Of a stretch of 64,000 bases of DNA, positions 9,784 through 18,300 are shown one piece after another. The DNA lies in the IMG/VR virus record IMGVR_UViG_3300048582_000084, positions 1-64,000 of that record; one strand, written 5' to 3'. A program made the position numbers and the translations under genes. How positions within the stretch are numbered: the stretch's first letter is position 1; every line of letters starts with the position of its first letter. The stretch is from a virus. Under the pieces are notes generated by a model that was given only the letters and a program-made list of their open reading frames with translations, ran no database searches and was not told where the DNA came from.

Positions 9784-10134
9784 GTGGACATCGATCTTCG
9801 CGATATGCTTACTATCGCAGGGTTTTTTATCAGTATCATTGGTCTTTGGTACAAAATCAGCCAGGATACGAACACAAAAATCGAAAAGGTGCGCGACGCG
9901 AGTGGTAGTAAGACCGACGTAGCGCAACTTAAGGAAGAAGTAGCCAATATGCGCGCTAACGCCATCAGCCGTCAGGAACACGACCGAGATATTGAAAAGG
10001 TTAAGGTCGAGATTCGGACTTTCCGAGATGAAGTCCGTGAGGATATTCGCTCTTTGAGTACTAACCTCAATACTCGCCTGGACCTGATGATGGAGCGCAT
10101 TTTCAACATCCATACGGATCAGAAGAACAAGTAA
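9784..10134 (+). CDS. Putative holin (one TM helix plus coiled coil)
   Basis: N-terminal TM segment; abuts the endolysin gene. Confidence 0.55.
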   Translation: MDIDLRDMLTIAGFFISIIGLWYKISQDTNTKIEKVRDASGSKTDVAQLKEEVANMRANAISRQEHDRDIEKVKVEIRTFRDEVREDIRSLSTNLNTRLDLMMERIFNIHTDQKNK

Positions 10135-10887
10135 ATGAAGACCAACAAAGTTGGGATCGATCTCATCAAGCAGTTTGAAGGGCTGGTTGACGGCGATCCA
10201 AAGACGCCGGGCCTCGATCCCTATATCTGCCCCACCGGTTTTGTCACGATTGGTTACGGCCACGTCTTGAAGGACACCAACGGACAGCCTCTCAAGGGCC
10301 GCGCCGGTCTCACCCGCGCCAAGGACCTACACAAGCCGATCACCGCAGCCGAAGCGGACGAACTACTCACACAAGACCTTATCTTGTACGAGGGCGAAGT
10401 TCGCCGCCTCACGCAGGGTATCACATTGAACGAGAACCAGTTCTCGGCTCTCGTTTCGTTCGTGTTCAATCTCGGTGGGTCGAAGTTTCAGCGGTCCACA
10501 CTCCGGAAGCATCTTCAGGAAGGTCGTCACGACCTCGCCTCGGAAGAGTTCGGGAAGTGGGTTAAGGGCGACACGAACGGTGATGGGACTCTTGAAACCC
10601 TGCCAGGCCTAGTTCGCCGCCGTGAAGCCGAGCGGCAGCTTTTCATGAAAGAGGTCAAGCCCCTCACGTCCAGCCGAACCATCCTCGGCAGCGCAGGCGC
10701 TGCGGCAGCCACGGTTGCCTCAGTTGTTGCAGAAGTGGCGGCTGAGGTTCAGACCGCAGACGCGGCGGTGACCGCGACAGGAACCGAACTTGATATCCTC
10801 AAGTACATCCTGGCCGGGCTTGCTGTAGTCGGCGCTCTGTTTGCGATCTACGCCCGCGTCGATGACCGCCTGAAGAAGGGCCACTAA
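10135..10887 (+). CDS. Endolysin, GH24 lysozyme with hydrophobic C-terminal extension
   Basis: IKQFEG, TIGYGH, NQFSALVSFVFNLG, LPGLVRRREAERQLF. Confidence 0.92.
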   Translation: MKTNKVGIDLIKQFEGLVDGDPKTPGLDPYICPTGFVTIGYGHVLKDTNGQPLKGRAGLTRAKDLHKPITAAEADELLTQDLILYEGEVRRLTQGITLNENQFSALVSFVFNLGGSKFQRSTLRKHLQEGRHDLASEEFGKWVKGDTNGDGTLETLPGLVRRREAERQLFMKEVKPLTSSRTILGSAGAAAATVASVVAEVAAEVQTADAAVTATGTELDILKYILAGLAVVGALFAIYARVDDRLKKGH

Positions 10888-10889
10888 GT

Positions 10890-11249
10890 GTGCTGGCCCT
10901 TCTCCCTTTCCTAGCGCCGTTCGTGAACCTCAAAAAGTACTTTATCCTTGGTTTGGTGCTGGCCTGCTTGGCCACTGCCTCTCTCGCCCTCTACTACCGC
11001 GCGAGCTACCACAGCGAGTATTCTGCCCGAACCGTTGTCGCGCTTGAACTTCGTGCTGCCACAGAGAATTTGGCCGCACTCCGACAGGCTCACGAAGCTC
11101 AACTTTCTGCTCTGTCTCAGGCCGAAGCTGACCAGCGACGGATCGCGGAAGAGCGCCGAACCCTGCGCGAACAAGTCCTCAATGCCTCCGAACAAGACCT
11201 TCCTACCTCTCCTACTCTGCGCTGCGCTGTTATCGGCGTGTGCGACTAA
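10890..11249 (+). CDS. i-spanin (Rz-like)
   Basis: N-terminal TM, coiled coil, C-terminal Cys; follows the lysin. Confidence 0.75.
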   Translation: MLALLPFLAPFVNLKKYFILGLVLACLATASLALYYRASYHSEYSARTVVALELRAATENLAALRQAHEAQLSALSQAEADQRRIAEERRTLREQVLNASEQDLPTSPTLRCAVIGVCD

Positions 11250-11442
11250 CTCGCCCCCAGTTACACACGTTCGGATTCCGGACGCCCTACTGACATGCTC
11301 GCCTGAGCCTACACCGCCGCCGAGTTCAATGACTCAGCGCGATGTCGGGTTGTACATCATCGATCTCCGCGCTTTCGGGCGCTCTTGCGAAGCCCAACTC
11401 CGCGCGGTGCGTGAGCTACAGGACAGTCTCACGCAAGAGTAG
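11182..11442 (+). CDS. o-spanin (Rz1-like lipoprotein)
   Basis: ATG at 11182 overlaps the Rz 3' end; lipobox LLSAC, Pro-rich, IPDALLTC motif. Confidence 0.8.
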   Translation: MPPNKTFLPLLLCAALLSACATNSPPVTHVRIPDALLTCSPEPTPPPSSMTQRDVGLYIIDLRAFGRSCEAQLRAVRELQDSLTQE

Positions 11443-11610
11443 TTCACTAGGTCCGTTACTGTTTCTGCGATTTAGATCGATTTCCGTTGATCCTTTCTAC
11501 CCATATTCTTGCTATAATTATCATCGCGGTGGTCACCACCACTGCGGTTCAAATAACCCCTTATCGCGTAAAACGCGGATACCTCATATAACGGAGCGCT
11601 AGAGCGCTCT

Positions 11611-12408
11611 GTGCCCCGGATAACTAGGAATCACTTTGTGGCTCGAAAGCCTGCTCCCGCTGCCTCTACAGACGTTTTTGATACAAGCGCCCGCCCTTCT
11701 AAGGGTGATCTTCGAAAAGCTCGCCGCACCCTAAAGACGGCCAAGCAGGTGGGTCGTCACTTCACACCACTTACACCCAAAAACGATGCTCAGCGCGAGT
11801 ATCTCACCGCTCTTCAAGAGAACGACGTGATCCTCGCCTGCGGCGGCGCTGGCGTCGGCAAGACCTACGTGGCCGCGCGATATGGGCTTCAGGAACTCCT
11901 CGACGGCAACTACGAGCGCATCATCATCACTCGCCCGATGGTGGCGGTCTCCGGAGAGAACATTGGGTTCCTTCCAGGCGGTGTGGCCGAGAAGACCGCA
12001 CCGTGGGGTATCCCAATCACAGACGCCTTCAACGAAGGCGCGGCTAAGACGACCATCGAGCGGCTGATGAAGGACGGCAAGATCGACTTCGTCCCGTTTG
12101 CCCTGATCCGGGGACGGACGTTCAACGACTGCTACATCCTCGCGGACGAGAGCCAGAACCTCACCGTCGAGCAGGCCAAGGTGCTGATCACCCGTGTCGG
12201 TGAAAACAGCAAGATCGTCGTCAACGGCGATATCAGCGGACACCAGTCCGATATTCGGGGCACGAACGGCCTCGATTTTCTCATCAACATTGCAGAGACC
12301 TACGACCTCGATTGCGAGATTTTCGAATTCGATGACTCCGACGTGGTTCGCTCGGGCGTCGCCGCGCAGTGGGTGAAGGCCTTTACCGAATACGGAGTCC
12401 GGAAGTAA
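11611..12408 (+). CDS. phoH: PhoH-family ATPase
   Basis: GGAGVGKT, ITRP, GFLPG, RGRTF, DESQN, TRVG, DVVRS. Confidence 0.95.
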   Translation: MPRITRNHFVARKPAPAASTDVFDTSARPSKGDLRKARRTLKTAKQVGRHFTPLTPKNDAQREYLTALQENDVILACGGAGVGKTYVAARYGLQELLDGNYERIIITRPMVAVSGENIGFLPGGVAEKTAPWGIPITDAFNEGAAKTTIERLMKDGKIDFVPFALIRGRTFNDCYILADESQNLTVEQAKVLITRVGENSKIVVNGDISGHQSDIRGTNGLDFLINIAETYDLDCEIFEFDDSDVVRSGVAAQWVKAFTEYGVRK

Positions 12409-12945
12409 GTGATCGATTTTATTGTAGAGGATGGTACAGGCCTCGCGAACGCAACCAGCTACGTGTCTGCGGAGGAGTCCGACTCCCTCGCAGCACTCAA
12501 CATTCACAACACCGATGCGTGGCTCGCGCTTCCTCTCGATGAGAAGCGCAACCTCCTGATTTACGCCTCTCGCGTATTGGATACCCGAGCCACTTGGACA
12601 GGCATCCGAGCGACGACAACGCAGGGCCTGGACTGGCCGCGTACAGATGTCGTGGACAGATACGGCAACGAGGTCTCGCCAGCGTCGGTTCCCCTCAACG
12701 TCCGATGGGCGGTAGTCGAGTTCGCTAAATGGAGCATGAGCCAAGACCGCCTAGCTACTACGCGACCTGAAAACGCCCTCAGTGAGGTCAAAGTCGATAC
12801 GATTACGCTCAAGTTCGCCAACGCGGCCGAGATCGCTGATCTTCAGTTCAAGACACCGGATATCGTGGTCGATATCCTTCGGGGCCTCGCGACGGTTCGC
12901 CACAGCGACCGAAAGGTCACGTTCGGGAGGCTGCGGGCGCAGTGA
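12409..12945 (+). CDS. Head-tail adaptor (DnaT-like family)
   Basis: FIVEDGTGLANATSYVS and QGLDWPR are characteristic of this family. Confidence 0.8.
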   Translation: MIDFIVEDGTGLANATSYVSAEESDSLAALNIHNTDAWLALPLDEKRNLLIYASRVLDTRATWTGIRATTTQGLDWPRTDVVDRYGNEVSPASVPLNVRWAVVEFAKWSMSQDRLATTRPENALSEVKVDTITLKFANAAEIADLQFKTPDIVVDILRGLATVRHSDRKVTFGRLRAQ

Positions 12946-13337
12946 GTGTAGACCTTTCAGCGCTGGTAAAAACAGCGTTCAGCGCTGTCGGTAGCGGCGT
13001 GGATAATGTAACGAAATCCGCTACTTACCGAGCCACCTCCGGAGCCCAAACCTATAATCCTACTACAGGAGCCATAACGACTCCGCGAACGGATTACTCG
13101 GTATCGGTTATCCTGACGTCCTATAAACGTCGCGACAAAGAAACTGAATTTCAGAACTCTCAGCGCCAGAGCATTGAGTTCGGGGATATGAAGTGCCTTA
13201 TCCCCTATAGCGATCTACCGATTACAGTGTCTCAGGAAGATATCATCGTTATTTCTGGCGTGAGCTGGAGGATCATGGATCATTCACTCGATCCTACCGG
13301 GCAGGCTCTTCACACTTTTCAAATCAGGCAGTCCTAA
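12942..13337 (+). CDS. Head closure / stopper protein
   Basis: 131 aa; YNPTTG...GDMKCLI; follows the adaptor. Confidence 0.7.
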   Translation: MSVDLSALVKTAFSAVGSGVDNVTKSATYRATSGAQTYNPTTGAITTPRTDYSVSVILTSYKRRDKETEFQNSQRQSIEFGDMKCLIPYSDLPITVSQEDIIVISGVSWRIMDHSLDPTGQALHTFQIRQS

Positions 13338-13765
13338 TGTCATTTGAAGCAGAGCGCGCTGCAATCGAGACGCATTTCAACACAGCTTGGCTTTTGTCGG
13401 CTTATGCGAGCGTGCCGGTTATATACGAAAACACCAACATCAAGCAACCAAAAGACAGCGACTTCTTGATCCACCGGATCGGGAATTCGGACGGTCAGCA
13501 AATGGAAATCGTGGGCCAAGCCGATGCCCTACATCGTTACGTTGGTTTGGTTATGGTCGATATTTTGGCGCTCCCAGGCGCAGGAACTGCGAGACCTAGA
13601 GCCATCGCTGACGTTGTTTCTGAAATCTACCGCCGCGCGGAGTTCTCTTCTGTCCAGGCTGGTCGGTTTGTCTTTCGAACACCTTCAATCAAGTCGTTTG
13701 GACTGTACAGCGAGCGCTATCGGTTCTGCGTTACTTGCCCATACCGGCGAGATATTCACCAGTAA
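13337..13765 (+). CDS. Tail terminator protein
   Basis: 142 aa; YEN, GLVMVDI..PGAG; neck position. Confidence 0.7.
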   Translation: MSFEAERAAIETHFNTAWLLSAYASVPVIYENTNIKQPKDSDFLIHRIGNSDGQQMEIVGQADALHRYVGLVMVDILALPGAGTARPRAIADVVSEIYRRAEFSSVQAGRFVFRTPSIKSFGLYSERYRFCVTCPYRRDIHQ

Positions 13766-13778
13766 AGCAACACTTTAG

Positions 13779-13807
13779 TTGTCTTATTCGCAGAAATTCT
13801 TTATACT
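13779..13807 (+). promoter_or_regulatory. sigma70-type promoter for the tail chaperone / tape measure unit
   Basis: TTGTCT-N17-TATACT. Confidence 0.6.
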
Positions 13808-13929
13808 ATTAACTTAGTCATCAATCCCGACATACAGCGAGTTTCTATCGCGCGATAGCTGGGGGAGGATCGTCGTCGGGATCGGTCCTCCCCCTTTAAT
13901 TCCGACAAACAAAGGTTCAAAAACACACT

Positions 13930-14319
13930 ATGGGTTTTCTTAACAAGTACAAGACCGACAAGACCGCCGAAGTTGCGGGCGTTTGGGTCGAAATCGATGC
14001 AGGCGTTGAGTGGAAAGTCGCTCGACTGAACAACGAGAAGGCGCGCACTGAGCGCCGCAATCTGGAGAAGCCGTACCGGAACTTCCAGACAATCCCCGAC
14101 CATGTGAACGAGGAAATCCTCCGCAAGGTCGTGGCCCGCGCCGTCCTCCTAGATTGGAAGGGCGTCACCGGTGATGATGGTAAGGAAATTCCTTACACCC
14201 CCGAGACCGCTGAGAAGCTGTTCAAGGAGCTTCCGGACCTCCTGAACGACGTCGTGTCTCTCGCGATGGCCCGCGAGACCTTCCAGGCGGAAGGTACTGA
14301 GGCTGCAAAAAACGCCTAA
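13930..14319 (+). CDS. Tail assembly chaperone (G-like)
   Basis: GVWV, LLDWKGV and IPYTPE motifs; ends at a slippery site. Confidence 0.85.
   Translation: MGFLNKYKTDKTAEVAGVWVEIDAGVEWKVARLNNEKARTERRNLEKPYRNFQTIPDHVNEEILRKVVARAVLLDWKGVTGDDGKEIPYTPETAEKLFKELPDLLNDVVSLAMARETFQAEGTEAAKNA
14307..14313 (+). other. -1 programmed frameshift heptamer A AAA AAC
   Basis: XXXYYYZ in the correct phase; the -1 frame stays open to 14708. Confidence 0.85.
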
Positions 14320-14708
14320 CAGCGTTCCAAACTTGGAGCCAGAAGTACGGCGACAAGATCGAGTTTCTTGAGGGCCTTGCGGCGGAAAATCCAACAGCCG
14401 ATCTTCCGCCCGCCCTCAAGGACCGCCCTACCCTCCACGGCTTCGAAGTGGATGTGTGGAACGCCTTTTGTAAACTATCCGCCCGTAGACCAGTAAGCGG
14501 GTTCGGGTCCGTAGGGGCGATTCCCTACACAGAGATTACAGCCTACCTAGACCTTATTCTTTATATCGACGACCCCGAAGAACAGGCTCTCTTCATAGAA
14601 CTGGTGGATCATTTAGACTCCCTTTTCTTGAAAAACTACGCTGAGAAACAGCGGGTCGAAAACGAGAAGTCTAAAAACAAGTCTTCTTCAAAACGATCAC
14701 GAACTTAA
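14310..14708 (+). CDS. Tail assembly chaperone frameshift extension (GT-like)
   Basis: -1 frame reads KRLTAFQTWSQ...W.AF.KLS.RR..GFG..GAIPYTEI..Y, a typical T-domain. Confidence 0.8.
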   Translation, partial: KRLTAFQTWSQKYGDKIEFLEGLAAENPTADLPPALKDRPTLHGFEVDVWNAFCKLSARRPVSGFGSVGAIPYTEITAYLDLILYIDDPEEQALFIELVDHLDSLFLKNYAEKQRVENEKSKNKSSSKRSRT

Positions 14709-14713
14709 TACCT

Positions 14714-14750
14714 AGGCCACCCACGCACCCGTCGATGGGTGGCCTTTTTT
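14714..14750 (+). terminator. Intrinsic terminator
   Basis: AGGCCACCCA/TGGGTGGCCT followed by TTTTT. Confidence 0.7.
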
Positions 14751-14766
14751 CTAAAGGACTTTAAGC

Positions 14767-15375
14767 GTGCCGAAGCTGTCTGTCTCCCTCTCACCCGATG
14801 CTGAGAAGCGCCTACGCGCCCGCATCGCTGCCATGGCCGGGAAGAAGCTTCGTGAAATCGTCTACAGTCTCCACGCTCGCATCCTTGAGAACACGCCGCT
14901 AAACACCGGGCGCACACTCGGAAGCTGGGCTGCTTCTGCGGACACCGCTCTTCTTATCGATATCGCGGACACCCTTGGCCGCGACGAGTTCATCTACACA
15001 CCGATGAACCCTGAAACTAATAACCGCCCGGTCGGCAGTGAACCCGGCCGTAGCCAGTTTGTTCAGATGTCTCTTAATACGTCAAAAAAGATCGACTTCG
15101 AACGAAATCCATATCGCATTTTTTTCGTCTCCAACGGCGCTCGCCTCGACTCTGGCTTCATGGAATGGCCAAACGGCTTCGTGAGTGAGAGCCTACCAAG
15201 CGGGTTACCCCAAACTGCTGGATCGCGAGCCTACGCACAAGAATACGGCCTAGTCGCTGGTTTTGACGTCTACGCCAAATCTACAGGTCTTATGACTTTC
15301 CCCTTCAACGCGCGCGGTACACTGGCCGTACATATGGCTGTTGAAAGTATTCGCCTCACCTACGGTAAATTTTAA
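14767..15375 (+). CDS. HK97 gp10-like neck / tail completion protein
   Basis: TPLNTGRTLGSW resembles TPVDTG.LR.SW. Confidence 0.65.
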   Translation: MPKLSVSLSPDAEKRLRARIAAMAGKKLREIVYSLHARILENTPLNTGRTLGSWAASADTALLIDIADTLGRDEFIYTPMNPETNNRPVGSEPGRSQFVQMSLNTSKKIDFERNPYRIFFVSNGARLDSGFMEWPNGFVSESLPSGLPQTAGSRAYAQEYGLVAGFDVYAKSTGLMTFPFNARGTLAVHMAVESIRLTYGKF

Positions 15376-15395
15376 GTACAGGATTATTACGGTAA

Positions 15396-18300
15396 ATGTC
15401 TGATATCGCCCTGAAGGCCTCGATTGATTTCCGCGACGCGGAGAAGCAGGTCAACGAGTTCGTCAACAAGACCAAGAAGAAAATGTCGGAGATCATGGCT
15501 GCTGCTGCACAGCGCGGCGGGTCTCTCGGCGGCGGCGTGACAGGCGGCGGGTCTCCAAGCCGTGGAGGCGGCAGGCTTAATAACATCCAAAACGACATCA
15601 GGATGCGGTGGGCTCTTGAACGGTCTTACACATCGTTCTGGAAGAAAGAACTTGATGCCAAAGATCGGCTGAGCCGGGTCACTAACCAAGCGTTTGAGCG
15701 GGAGCGCAAGATGCGCGCCCAGGCAGACCGCGATAATCGGGCGTTCGACCTTCGGCGGGAGCGCGCGGCTGCCACTCTCGCCCGCGCAAACGAAACGGCA
15801 ATCGAGCGCGAACGGAAGATGCGCGCCCAGGCAGACCGCGATAATCGGGCGTTCGACCTTCGGAGGGAGCGCGCGGCTGCCGCGCTTGCTCGCACCAATG
15901 AGACGGCAATCGAGCGGGAGCGCAAGATGCGCGCCCAGGCAGACCGAGACAATCTGGCATTCGACCTTCGACGGGCTCGGGCGGCTGCCGCCCTCTCTCG
16001 CGCGAACGAAACGGCAATCGAGCGCGAACGCAAGATGCGTGCCCAGGCAGACCGCGACAACCGTTCCTTCGACCTTCGCCGGGAGCGCACGGCTGCCCAA
16101 GCTATTGAGCGCGAGCGTAAGATGCGCGCCCAGGCAGACCGCGACAATCTGGCGTTCGACCTTCGCAAGTCTCGGGCGGCTGCCGCCCTCGCCCGCACAA
16201 ACGAAACGGCAATCGAGCGCGAGCGTAAGATGCGCGCCCAGGCAGACCGCGACAATCTGGCGTTCGACCTTCGCAAGTCTCGGGCGGCTGCCGCCCTCGC
16301 CCGCACAAACGAAACGGCAATCGAGCGCGAGCGTAAGATGCGCGCCCAGGCAGACCGCGACAATCTGGCGTTCGACCTTCGTAGGGAGCGCGCAGCCGCT
16401 GCGTCTTCCAGAAACATGGGCACCGCCGACCAGTCGCGCGCCCGCGTCATTGGAGGCGCCGAAAACACGGCACTCGGCGTTCGTAATCGCATCGGTCGCC
16501 AGCTTTCTGATGATCCTGCACTACAGACTCGCCTTATCAATCAACTCGACGGAGCCCTCCGCAATTACACCGGCACTGTCCAAACTTACGGTGCCCGCTC
16601 GATTGAAGCCACCAGGGCGACTGTCGTCTGGAACCGCGAACTCCAGAACATCCGTGGAACCATTGCTGAAAAGGGGGGTCTTCTTCGGACCCTTAATACG
16701 AACACGGAGACTCTTCGTTCTTCCATTGGCAGTCTCGGCACCGGATTCGGTAGCCTAAACCGGCTTATGCTGAATACCCAGGTCGTGCTTAGCGGCCTGA
16801 CGGCTGCCCTTGGCCTGCGCGAAGTGCTTGATGCTATTCAAGTCTTTGAGCGGTTTTCCAACACACTTCGTACTGTTTCTGCCAGTACTGGCGAGTTTCA
16901 ACAGAACATGGCGTTTCTCTTCGGGGAAGCGGATAGGATCGGTTTCTCCGTCGGGGAAGTCGGCAATGCGTTTGCGCGCCTGTCCGTAGCCATGAGCGGC
17001 GCCGGGTTCTCCACAGAAGAGACACGCCGCGCGTTTACTGGTCTTTCCGAAGCGTCTCGTAACTTCGGCATCACCTCCGCAGACACCAACGGCATCATCC
17101 GTGCCCTTGAGCAGTCCATGTCGAAGGGCAAGTTCATGGCTGAAGAAGTGCGGCTCCAGATGGGCGACCGCCTTCCTATTGCTATGGCTGCTCTTAAGGC
17201 AGCGATGGAACGCGTCGATGGTGGCATAGTTGACGTCAATAAGCGTTTTGAAGAGGGCACAATCGATGTTCGGCGCTATGCGATGGCGTTTGTTGAAGAA
17301 ATCAACCGCATGTCGGGTGGGGCTGAGGCTCTACAGCGGACCTCTACCAGCCTTAGCGCCGCTTTCGGTCGCCTAAGCACTGAATTCCTGCGCTTCTCGC
17401 AGGCTCTGGGCGAAGGCGGTCTTACCAACGCCACCATCACCGTGACTGAGAACCTTAGAAACCTCATGGAGACGGCGCGGGAATCCGGCGCTCTGAATGT
17501 TCTTGGAGATGTGCTGGAGAAACTTGCTAACAGCATGAACCTTTTTGTCGCTGCGGGTGTCGCCCTTGGCGCGCTGTTCGCTGGTCGCATGGTTCAGGCC
17601 TTGATATCGTTTGCCGCTGCTGCGAGCCCCGTCGTGCGCGTTCTGTCTCTTCTTGCGGGCGGCGCTGTCCTGGCGTTTGAAATGATCGACCGCGTTACTT
17701 CTTCAGGTAGGGCCTTTAACACGTTTAACTCTGCCATGCGTGATTTCAACACGTCCGCAGAGAATGTTCGTGGCACAATCAGCCAGTTCAACAACGTACT
17801 GAGCCAGAATACGCAGCAACTTTCGTCTTCTTCTACCGCCGTCGAGCGGCGGATCGAGGCGCTTCGACGTTTGGGTGAAGGCGAAGCCGAAGCGACTCGC
17901 ATCGCGGCGGCAGAAGAGCGCCGCCGCATACAAATCCGCGCCGAGTCGATGCGGGCCGATCTGGCTCGCGCGGAAGCTGCACAGGCTACTCAGAACCGGC
18001 AGGCTCTCGGACGCACGGGGCGTGCCTTTGTTGATGGATTTAACAACAGCAGGGCCATTGCTAATTCACCGCGCTTTAACAACATTGCCGACGACGCATC
18101 CGCGCACGTTGTTGCCCGATACAACGCTGGAATACAGGTTGTTACAGATTTTACTAGCGGTGTTCTCACCGCTAGGGAGGCTGTGCGTAAGCTTAATGAG
18201 ACCTTCGCTGATGGCACCATGCCAAGTGAGATTGACGCTATTCGACGCGCAATCAACGAAGCTTCTATGTCTGAGCAGTTCACGGCTAGCGAGGAAGCGA

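Noticed and set aside
10948-11181. Long N-terminus of the o-spanin ORF
   Set aside because: The lipoprotein signal begins at ATG 11182
15387-16758. Long alternative-frame ORFs in the tape-measure repeats
   Set aside because: A by-product of a stop-free repeat unit
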